Part shown: in pieces, positions 1-8,900 of the stretch
Position numbering within the stretch: the first letter of the stretch is position 1
Layout: every line of letters begins with the position of its first letter
IMG/VR virus record: IMGVR_UViG_3300020045_002515
Coordinates: 1-33,867 of that record
DNA: 33,867 bases
From: a virus
Lineage: Duplodnaviria; Caudoviricetes
Direction: 5' to 3' (one strand)
Translations under genes and position numbers: made by a program
The notes under the pieces: model-generated
Database searches by the model: none
What the model was told of the DNA's origin: nothing
The model's input: only the letters and a program-made list of their open reading frames with translations

Positions 1-1
1 A

Positions 2-154
2 GCAGTCGATCCCGGAACTCCGGAAGTATCTGGCGCTTATGATATGTCGAAATTGACAGTTAAACAGTTGGAAGAACTGGCCGCTGCAAAAGGGATTGCA
101 TTGCCTAGCAAAGCGAATAAAGCCATTATTATCGGGATGCTGATGCAAGCATAA
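2..154 (+). CDS. 3' end of a small protein with a Rho-N/HeH-like C-terminal motif (partial)
   Basis: Frame 2 reads AVDPGTPEVSGAYDMSKLTVKQLEELAAAKGIALPSKANKAIIIGMLMQA*. The LTVKQL..LA...GI......K..II pattern is typical of HeH/Rho-N motifs in small phage proteins that follow capsid genes. Confidence 0.75.
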   Translation, partial: AVDPGTPEVSGAYDMSKLTVKQLEELAAAKGIALPSKANKAIIIGMLMQA

Positions 155-158
155 ACTA

Positions 159-194
159 ATGGGGCCAGGGGGATAACCTTCTGGCCCCATTTTA
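159..194 (+). terminator. Intrinsic terminator
   Basis: ATGGGGCCAG...CTGGCCCCAT stem followed by a short T run, directly after a stop codon. Confidence 0.8.
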
Positions 195-205
195 ATATCT
201 AGGGG

Positions 206-790
206 GTGACAATATTGTCTAGTGTAGTGGAAATATGTAATATTGCTCTTACTCGGATGGGTGCCGATGTTATTGTAAGCATCGATGAACCTAGTCAACA
301 AGCCAGAATGTGCAAGCTTCATTATCCATTGGCCAGGGATGTAGTAATGAAAGACTTTCCCTGGAACTTCGCGCAGCGGATCGAACGATTAGCGCCCGAA
401 ACTGAATCGATACCTGGATGGAATTATGGGTATGCGCTGCCGAATGAATGTCTTAAGGCCCATCGGATATTCAATGATGCCAACATGACAGATCAGAAAG
501 GTACTGAATTTCTCCGGGCCGGTCGCAGCATCTATACTTCGATCGATCAAGCATATTTGGATTACACCTTAAAGATTGATGATCCCAGTCAATTCGATCC
601 TAATTTTGTGGATACCTTGGCCTGGAAGCTTGCGATGGAACTATCCCAGACTTTGACCGGCGATAAAGCGATGCGCGAACAATGTTATACCTTGTATCAA
701 AAGGCGCTTGAAGCGGCCAGGGGTATCGATACCGGCGAAAGGTATCAAAAGCTGCAGCAATCTAACAGATATAAGGATGTGAGGAACTAA
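206..790 (+). CDS. Tail adaptor / tail tubular protein A (T7 gp11 / P22 gp4-like)
   Basis: EICNIALTRMG...YPLARDVV...PWNFA...YALPNECL...FDPNFVDTLAWKLA motifs; 194 aa; lies before the nozzle gene; GTG start with AGGGGG SD. Confidence 0.85.
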   Translation: MTILSSVVEICNIALTRMGADVIVSIDEPSQQARMCKLHYPLARDVVMKDFPWNFAQRIERLAPETESIPGWNYGYALPNECLKAHRIFNDANMTDQKGTEFLRAGRSIYTSIDQAYLDYTLKIDDPSQFDPNFVDTLAWKLAMELSQTLTGDKAMREQCYTLYQKALEAARGIDTGERYQKLQQSNRYKDVRN

Positions 791-3279
791 TGCCACTATT
801 TTCGATACAACCTTCATTCGCAGCGGGTGAACTATCGCCGGCAATGTGGGCCCGGATAGATCTGGCTAAGTACGCGGTAGGGGCCCGGACTATGCGCAAT
901 TTCTTTGTTCATGCTCATGGTGGCGCTTCTAACCGGCCCGGCCTGGAATTTATCGCATTTCCTAAATATCACAATAAGGCTGCAGGATTGATTCCTTTCC
1001 AGTTTTCTTCTCAACAAGCTTATGTTATCGAAGCAGGGGATTTATATATGCGCTTCTTTATGGATGGTGGCCAGATACTTAATGATGCCAATGCCATTTA
1101 TGAAATCGCTACACCTTACCTTGCTACTGAACTGCGGAAGCTTAAAGTTACCCAGTCGGCCGATGTGCTTTACCTGTGTAATGTTGGCCATAAGCCTAGA
1201 ACATTGTCGCGCAAAGGTCATGCTGATTGGACTATGGCTGAATTTGATTACCAGGATGGGCCATACCTTACGATGAATAGCAAAGATACAACCATTACCG
1301 CTTCGGCCACGACCGGTAATATAAACCTTACCGCTACCGATGATGTGTTCCTGGCGGGCCATGTGGGATCGATTTGGAAGCTTGGCCATACAATGCCCTC
1401 AAAGAACGTATGGGGATTCCCTAATGCACCGGTATGGAGTGCAACGAGCGCCTATCTTAAAAATAATGTAGTTAAGTATGGCAGTAAATTATACTTCGCT
1501 CTTAATCCTATCGGGGATCCAGGTGGAGGTAGTAATGCAGCGCCGGATACTGATACTACGAATTGGGATGAAAGCAGTCCTAATTTAACTATGGAAATCA
1601 TGGTATATAAAACGTGGAGAGCAGAAACATCCGGATACTGGTCTGGTAATATAAAGATAATGCGATGGGATAAACCGACTTCTACCTGGAAAGAAGTGCG
1701 CAGCTTAAGTGGCAGCGAAGATCGGAATTATTCAATCTCTGAAGATGTGGATGAACCGGTGCTGATGCGGATTGAAAGTACAAATTTCCGGCAGATCAAC
1801 AAGGAGAATAATGCGCCAAACTTGCAGGGGTATATCTCCTTTGAAACTGCCCATGCACCATATGAAGGGTGGCTGCAGATTACCGGGGTAACGGATGGCA
1901 AACACGCAGCTGCTACGGTGAAGAAGGATATCGGATCCATCGATGCGACTACCGATTGGGCAGAAGGGGCCTGGTCTAATGTAAGAGGATACCCGCTAAC
2001 AGTCGTATTTTACCCAGGGGATCGCCTAGTATTTGCATCAAGCACTTATGAACCGCAAACCCTTTGGATGTCAAAAGTAGCTGACTATGTTAATTTCGGG
2101 GTATCTCCGGATGAAGTAAAGGATGATGATGGAGTAACCAGAACATTATCAAGTCGCAAGGTGAATAACATCCTGGCCATTGTACCGCTTAAGAATAAAC
2201 TGGCTGCATTTACCTCTGAAGCTGAATGGATGATCGGGCCCGGCAATCAATCGACTGCCATAACACCGACTGCTTTTGATGCCCAGGTGGAAGGATACCG
2301 GGGATCGTCTGAAGTGGATCCTTTGGTTATCGGCAATAGACTGCTATTCGTACAAGCAAAGGGCGCGACTGTGCAGGATGTAGGGTATGACATAAGCGCC
2401 GATGGATTAGTGGGATCGGATCTTTCTGTATTGTCTAAGCATCTATTTAAGAACCGAAAGATTGTTGCCTGGGCCTATCAACAAGAACCGGATAGCATTG
2501 CATGGGCCATTCGTGATGATGGCATCCTGCTCGGCCTTACCTATCTTCGTGAGCATGAAGTATGGGCCTGGCATCGACACGATACGCAAGGATTTTTCGA
2601 AGATCTTTGTACGATCCCTGGTGACGATCATAACGAAGTGTGGTTTATAGTAAGGCGCGGCGATAAAAGATATATTGAACGAATGGCACCGCGAATGACA
2701 GTACCGGCCGGATTGTATGAATCAGATCCAACATATAAAAGCGAAATGATGAAGCGGGCCTGGTTTGTCGATTGTGGTCTGCGGTATGAAGGGGCACCGA
2801 CTAAAGTTTTTAGTGGCCTGGATCATCTGGAAGGTAAAGAAGTAGCGATCCTGGCCGATGGTTTTGTAATGCCTAGACAAGTAGTGACTGGTGGTAAGGT
2901 GGATTTTAGCAGTATCAAAGGAACTGCCGGCTTTTCGATTGTTACTGTCGGATTACCTTATTCTTCAGATCTTGAAACGCTTAACGCTGAATATACCCTT
3001 AAGGATGGTACCGCACAAGCTAGGCTGAAAAAGGTATCGACTGTAAGTATGAGGGTAGAGGATAGCAGGGGCGGATTGATTGGCCCTAATGCGAACCGAC
3101 TGGATCCTATGAAGGTAACGATAAAAGAGTATGGCGCTGCTCTGGATCTCTTTACCGGTGATGTGAAGCTGACAATGCAGGGCGGATATGATCCAGGGGG
3201 CAGGGTATTCATCCGGCAGGAAGATCCGCTGCCTATAACGATCCTGGCAGTAATGCCGAATATTGAACATGGCGGCTAA
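790..3279 (+). CDS. Tail nozzle / tail tubular protein B (T7 gp12 / P22 gp10-like)
   Basis: QPSFAAGELSP N-terminus, TQSADV, GYP..V.F..DRLVFA, WAYQQEPDS.W, EVWAWHRHDT, GLDHLEG, VGLPYSS and C-terminal PLPITILAV motifs; 829 aa. Confidence 0.9.
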   Translation: MPLFSIQPSFAAGELSPAMWARIDLAKYAVGARTMRNFFVHAHGGASNRPGLEFIAFPKYHNKAAGLIPFQFSSQQAYVIEAGDLYMRFFMDGGQILNDANAIYEIATPYLATELRKLKVTQSADVLYLCNVGHKPRTLSRKGHADWTMAEFDYQDGPYLTMNSKDTTITASATTGNINLTATDDVFLAGHVGSIWKLGHTMPSKNVWGFPNAPVWSATSAYLKNNVVKYGSKLYFALNPIGDPGGGSNAAPDTDTTNWDESSPNLTMEIMVYKTWRAETSGYWSGNIKIMRWDKPTSTWKEVRSLSGSEDRNYSISEDVDEPVLMRIESTNFRQINKENNAPNLQGYISFETAHAPYEGWLQITGVTDGKHAAATVKKDIGSIDATTDWAEGAWSNVRGYPLTVVFYPGDRLVFASSTYEPQTLWMSKVADYVNFGVSPDEVKDDDGVTRTLSSRKVNNILAIVPLKNKLAAFTSEAEWMIGPGNQSTAITPTAFDAQVEGYRGSSEVDPLVIGNRLLFVQAKGATVQDVGYDISADGLVGSDLSVLSKHLFKNRKIVAWAYQQEPDSIAWAIRDDGILLGLTYLREHEVWAWHRHDTQGFFEDLCTIPGDDHNEVWFIVRRGDKRYIERMAPRMTVPAGLYESDPTYKSEMMKRAWFVDCGLRYEGAPTKVFSGLDHLEGKEVAILADGFVMPRQVVTGGKVDFSSIKGTAGFSIVTVGLPYSSDLETLNAEYTLKDGTAQARLKKVSTVSMRVEDSRGGLIGPNANRLDPMKVTIKEYGAALDLFTGDVKLTMQGGYDPGGRVFIRQEDPLPITILAVMPNIEHGG

Positions 3280-3751
3280 GTTTAAGCAGGGTAATGTTTC
3301 TGTTGTTCGCGCTACACTAGAACACGCGGAATACATTGGCGCTAATCTCCGGGCAGAAGATCGGGCCGAAATATGGGCATCCCATCATAAGACTGGCCCG
3401 GAAGCGCTGCCGGATGTATGGAAGCGATCGGATGTATGTCTTACTGTGCTATATAAAGGGGTACCGGCTGCGATGTTCGGTGCGGTGCCCTTCACTTTAC
3501 TAGCAGGGGCCGGGCCCTGGGCGCTCGGTACGGATGATGTTGATAAAATAAAATTGATCTACGCAAGGTATAGTCGGGAATTTGTGGAATTAATGTTATT
3601 AAAATATAGTTATTTGCTCAACTATGCCGATGCTCGGAATAAAGTGGCCATTGATTGGCTGCGCTTCTGCGGTTTTGTACTGGATGAAGCGCGGCCGTAT
3701 GGCCCAGACAATGTACTATTTCATAGATTTACAATGATAAGAAAGGGGTGA
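3269..3751 (+). CDS. GNAT-like internal virion protein (T7 gp13 / DUF2833-like)
   Basis: NLRAEDRAEI...PWALGTD...LLNYADARNKVAIDWLRFCGF motifs; typical position after the nozzle. Start placed at ATG 3269. Confidence 0.8.
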   Translation: MAAKFKQGNVSVVRATLEHAEYIGANLRAEDRAEIWASHHKTGPEALPDVWKRSDVCLTVLYKGVPAAMFGAVPFTLLAGAGPWALGTDDVDKIKLIYARYSREFVELMLLKYSYLLNYADARNKVAIDWLRFCGFVLDEARPYGPDNVLFHRFTMIRKG

Positions 3752-3756
3752 TCCTT

Positions 3757-4311
3757 ATGTGCTTAGATCCTGCATCTATGGCAGCAATGTCCACAGTAAT
3801 GCAAGTTATTGGTGTCGGTACTACCATCATGGCCCAGAAACAGTCGGCCGATGCTACGACAAACAGTTATAACTATCAAGCAAAGGTCAATGAAGTTAAT
3901 GCTGAAAACTCTGCTAATCAAGCAAAGGATGCGGTCGAACGTGGTTATCAAGCTGAAACTGATTTAAGGAGAAAAGCGGCCGGGGCCAAGAGTACACAGA
4001 AAACACTATTCGGATCCCAGGGATCAGACATATCAAGTGGCAGTCCTTTGGATATCCTGTCGGATACTGCCTATCAATCTGAACTAGATGCTTCTACAAT
4101 CCGCTACAATTCGCAATTAGAAAAATATGATCTATTAAACCAGGGGCAAAACTCTCTGAATGAAGCAAGCATGAACCGCTACGCTGCCGCCAATGCTCAA
4201 ACTGCCGGCAAGTGGAACATGGCCAGTACACTCTTAACAGGGGCATCCCAGGTATCGGGCAAATACGCACAATTCAAGAAGGATTATCCTACAAGTAAAT
4301 TTTTCGGATAG
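3757..4311 (+). CDS. Small ejection / internal virion protein (T7 gp14-like)
   Basis: MC-start, Ala/Gln-rich helical sequence with SGSPLDIL motif; SD AAGGGGTG before ATG 3757; synteny. Confidence 0.8.
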   Translation: MCLDPASMAAMSTVMQVIGVGTTIMAQKQSADATTNSYNYQAKVNEVNAENSANQAKDAVERGYQAETDLRRKAAGAKSTQKTLFGSQGSDISSGSPLDILSDTAYQSELDASTIRYNSQLEKYDLLNQGQNSLNEASMNRYAAANAQTAGKWNMASTLLTGASQVSGKYAQFKKDYPTSKFFG

Positions 4312-4323
4312 GAGGGGGGCAAT

Positions 4324-5913
4324 ATGAAAGTACCTACATATGAGCAGCAAGTACAAGCGCGCCCGCTGCCCGGTGTTAAGTTTAACGCACAAGCGGATCC
4401 CAATGCTTTCGGGGCCGGTGTTGCCAAGGCAGTCGGCGGATTTGGGGCATCTGTAGACCAAGCTAGTAATGATCTTTATCAACGATCCCAGGTGATGCAG
4501 CAAGAAGTTAATGCCAACATAGTCCTGGACAACTCTAACAAGTGGCAAACTGAAGTAAACAACTATTTGTATAATGAAAAAGATGGGGTGTTTACCCTTA
4601 AAGGCAGTCAGACTTCGGGCCTTACTGAAGCAGCTGCCAAGAAGATCCAGGAAATAAATGCTAAGTATGAAACAACCTTGCAGAATGAGAACCAACGGAC
4701 TGCATTTAAGAAGTTTGTATCTACCAGGGCAGTATCTACAGTCGAAGGAATATCCAGGTACCAAGCTAATGAGCATCAAGAATGGCGGAAGCAGACTAAG
4801 GAAGGAACAGTCGCGAACTCTTTGGCCAATATCGGGCAGATCGCAGCAAGTGGGATATCAGATCCTAATATGATCTATGCCCAGATCGATACCGGACTTA
4901 AGGCGATCGATGCGCAGAATGTGGGCCAAGCGCCCGAATTTAACCTAGCAGAAAAGCGCAAGTTTGTTTCTGATTCTAATACTGCAGTCGTTAATAACTT
5001 CCTGGCTAAGCAGGATTATAGAGGGGCCCGCGCATGGTTTGAAAAAAACAAAGGATCCATGCTTGATGCTGCTAACGTTGAAGCTGCTTTGGGTAAAGGC
5101 GAAGAAGTTGCTGAATTTCAAGGATTGTCAAAGAGTTTACTGGCCAAGTATGGTATTGAAGGGGAAGCGGCTGCACTAGCTGAAGTTGATTCCATGCTGC
5201 CGGCCGGCCCGAAACGTGAAAAGGCCCGCGATTATCTCCGGGGTGAAATTGCTAACGCTAGGCGGCAAGATAACCAGGGCGAAGCAGATCGGTATAATAA
5301 GGCATTGCTGCAGATACGCGGGGCGAAAACCTTTGATGAAATGCAAACGATCCTTAATGCTTCGGGATTGCAAAAAGCTGAACATCTTACTTCACTTGAA
5401 AATGTGGCCAAGGCAAAACTGGGGATTGATCTGGAAACTGGCCGGCCCAAGGTTACTTCTATAGGAGTTTATACCCAGGCATTGACTGAATTTGAAGGTG
5501 GGCAGATCCCGGATATGAACCATTTTCTGATGAAGTATGGCAAGTATATGTCGGATCCAGATCTTAAGAAGTTTAGCGAAAAGATCCTTAATGGTGAAAC
5601 TGGTGTCGGGTGGGTATCTCTAATTAAGGATATAGCGCCCAAGGTAAAGGAAAAGGATCTGCCTAATGTACTGGATACTGTTGAGCAGATGGAACGACAA
5701 TACAAGGTCGATAATGGTATAGCGCCGAATACTGGCCAACGCGCCAAGATGGTCAATGATGCGGTGGCCGAAATCATTCTGGCCGATGGCAAGATGGGCA
5801 AGCGCTACGAAGCTGATATGCCGGTGGGAACTTACTGGGATGCTGATAAAAAAATGTTTGTTGTTGAAAGTAATGGCCAATTATTCCAGGTCAAGCCTAA
5901 GAAAAGGGAGTGA
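4324..5913 (+). CDS. Middle ejection / internal virion protein (T7 gp15-like)
   Basis: MKVPTYEQQV N-terminus and AFGAGV motif; helical, 529 aa; sits between the small and giant ejection proteins. Confidence 0.75.
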   Translation: MKVPTYEQQVQARPLPGVKFNAQADPNAFGAGVAKAVGGFGASVDQASNDLYQRSQVMQQEVNANIVLDNSNKWQTEVNNYLYNEKDGVFTLKGSQTSGLTEAAAKKIQEINAKYETTLQNENQRTAFKKFVSTRAVSTVEGISRYQANEHQEWRKQTKEGTVANSLANIGQIAASGISDPNMIYAQIDTGLKAIDAQNVGQAPEFNLAEKRKFVSDSNTAVVNNFLAKQDYRGARAWFEKNKGSMLDAANVEAALGKGEEVAEFQGLSKSLLAKYGIEGEAAALAEVDSMLPAGPKREKARDYLRGEIANARRQDNQGEADRYNKALLQIRGAKTFDEMQTILNASGLQKAEHLTSLENVAKAKLGIDLETGRPKVTSIGVYTQALTEFEGGQIPDMNHFLMKYGKYMSDPDLKKFSEKILNGETGVGWVSLIKDIAPKVKEKDLPNVLDTVEQMERQYKVDNGIAPNTGQRAKMVNDAVAEIILADGKMGKRYEADMPVGTYWDADKKMFVVESNGQLFQVKPKKRE

Positions 5914-5919
5914 TAATTT

Positions 5920-8900
5920 ATGTCTTTTGAATTAACACCACTAGGGGATAAGCCTAAAGGCGATATGGTTTTGGGTGATTCTAAGCCGCTAGGTACCGGG
6001 GCCTTTGATCTGGTGCCGATTGCTGATGCTGAACCTATAAAAGCAGTAAGTACCTGGGATACTGTCAAGAAAACTGTGGGCAATGAGTTTGATTATGTGT
6101 CCAATAGCTTGAAAACTGCTTACAATGCAATGTCGAATGTCAATCCAGACAATACTTCTGATGATATGAAGCTATCGCAAAAAACTGGTATTCCTATCTG
6201 GGTAATACAAGCCAATGATGAAAATAGAAAATCCGCCTTAGAAGTGCAGGATAAGCTTGCAGCGAATGGCAATGATTGGCGCAGGACTGCGACTTCTTAT
6301 CCTGCGACTGCTCAATGGATGCTGAATCCTCAAAATATGTCGGTAGCGAAAGACGATGTACCAAACTTAGAGCAGCATGAAGGTATCTTTGGATCATTCG
6401 GTCGCGGCTTTAAGTCCGGCGATAAACAGGTGGATCTTGCTAACCTTGCATACAAGCAGATGCTAGGCGATAATTCTGCACTACTTGAAGAAAAGATCAA
6501 GAAACTTGAAAAAGAAATGAGCGAAGATAAGCCGCCGACTGATTTTGTAAAGGGCGGGATTTATGGCGCTGCCCAGATGTTGCCGCAACTATGGGAAAGT
6601 ATCCGCAAGGGTAACGAAAGGGGCCTGGCCGGTGCATTGATGGCCGGCGGCGCTGCGGTAGCGCTCGGCCAAATGGGGCCACAAATAGCATTGCCAGAAG
6701 AAATCGTAACAGTACCGGTTGCATCCGGCGCGGCTTATACTGCGGGCATCCTTACCGGTGGCGCTGAAACCTCTTTTAAGATGGAAAGCGCCCTGGCTTA
6801 CCGCGAATTTATCAATATCAAGGATAAGAATGGGGTATCTGTCGATCCGGATGTGGCTAAGATGGCCGCTGCTATGGTCGGTACTGCCAATGCGGGCCTG
6901 GAATTTATGCAGCTTAAATGGTTGGCCCAGTCGATCCCTGGCGGGAAAGAAATGATCGCTAAAATGTCGCGGGAAGGAATGAAAGAAATCCTGCGAAATA
7001 AAACTTATGGCGCTGCTTTTGTTAATTTTGCAAAAGGTTATACCGGTATTATCTCAAAAGAAACTGCTACGGAAGTATTGCAAGAGGGTATTACTATTTT
7101 AGGCCGGGAAGGATCAAAGAATATGGGCGGGGTGAATAATCCAGTCGCAGATTCTAACGATGATTATATGAACCGATTGATCGATACCGGCATACAGTCG
7201 GCCCAAGCTTTTACATTCTTAACGCTTCCTGGGCCTAGCATGAACTTTGTAAGGGATACTAGGGCAGCAGTAAGGGGCGAAACTAATCAAGCAGTAATAG
7301 GGGCACTGGGCGATTCTGCAGCGGCATCCAAACTTCGGGAACGACTGCCGGAAGCATACCAGGCTTTTGTTAAAGATATTAAGGATAAACACGAAGGATC
7401 TATATCCGATATTTATATCCCAGTAACGCAATTCAGCGGATACTTCCAGGATAAAACTGATAAGGTAGTATCTGAACTAGGGATCGACAAGCAATATGCC
7501 GAAGCGGTGCTGACTGGTGGCGATGTGCGTATACCTATCGAAGTATACCAGGCTAAGCTTGCCGCTACCGAACATCATAAGAATCTTATGCCAGATCTCA
7601 AACTGGATGTAAATGATATGACTGCCCGCGAAGCTGAAGAATTTAGAGGTAAGCAGCAGGAATACTTCCAAAATGAAGTTGCTGAAGCGCAGAAGCAGCT
7701 TACTAATGATGCGGCCAATTCTTCGGATCTTGAATACATCCGGGCCAATATCAAGGGGCAGCTGATGGGTACCGGCAAAGTAACTTCTGCCGATGCTGAA
7801 GCTTATGCTGCAATCTATACGGCCAGGGCATCCGTAGTCGCGCAGCAGCTAGGCATCAAGCCTAAAGGTTGGTATGATAATCTGGGCCTTACTATATCAG
7901 TCGGTCAAGATGGCCAGGTAAGAACGCAAACTTTAGGCCGGGATAAAACAATGACTACGGCCGCGCAAAACCAGGATGGCAATACTATATCTTTCCTTCA
8001 TGGCTCAAATAATCCAGATCTAACGCTTGAAAATATCCAGATCACCGGCCGCGATTCTTCCAAGCAAGGTAAGGGTACCGATAAATTTGGCGGGTTATAT
8101 GTTGTCACTCCGGAAGATGCTGCGGCAGCTGAACATTATTCCAAGATGGCCGGTGGATCTCCTACTGTCTATCAGATACACCTAGATCCTAATGCTAAAA
8201 TCATGGATATCAATGTAAAGGGTGGCATTGAAAGACTGTCAAAAGAAAAGATCGATGAACTGGTTGCTGCAGGATATAGCGCAGTCCGGGGCCCTAATAC
8301 CCTGGGCACCACGATCGAATATTCCATTATCAATAAAGCGGCCATTGTTGGCATGAATAAGCAGGAAGCGCCTGTCGTGCAACAAGGGGTTAAACCATTG
8401 CCAGTAGATAACAATGTTGAAGATTATGCCGGGGTAAAAGAAAACGTAAAGCAGGGGGCCAATAACTTCGGCGCTTATCTGCAATCATTAGGACTTAATC
8501 CTGTCATAACATCTGGCAAAAGGTCGATAGAAAACAATACTGCAGTAAATGGTGCCGCTAACTCATACCATTTATCCGGTGATGCAATTGATATCAGTCT
8601 GGGCAATCTCACGCAGGAACAACAATACGAAATAGAAACTAAGGCCAGGGAAGCGGGATGGGGAGAAGTCCTTTACCATGATGCGGGATCTGGGGTACAC
8701 CTTCATCTTGCTAATCTTAAGGGCGGGGAAACCGGATTTGCTCAACCTACTGCGCCGGTATCTCAAAGAACATTAGTTGAAAATATAAGGGTAGCGATCT
8801 TTGGCCAGGAAAGCGGCGGGGATATTACTGCTTATAATCCAGATGGCGATGCTTACGGAAAATACCAATTTCAACCTGGCACCTGGGATGCAGCTGCTAA

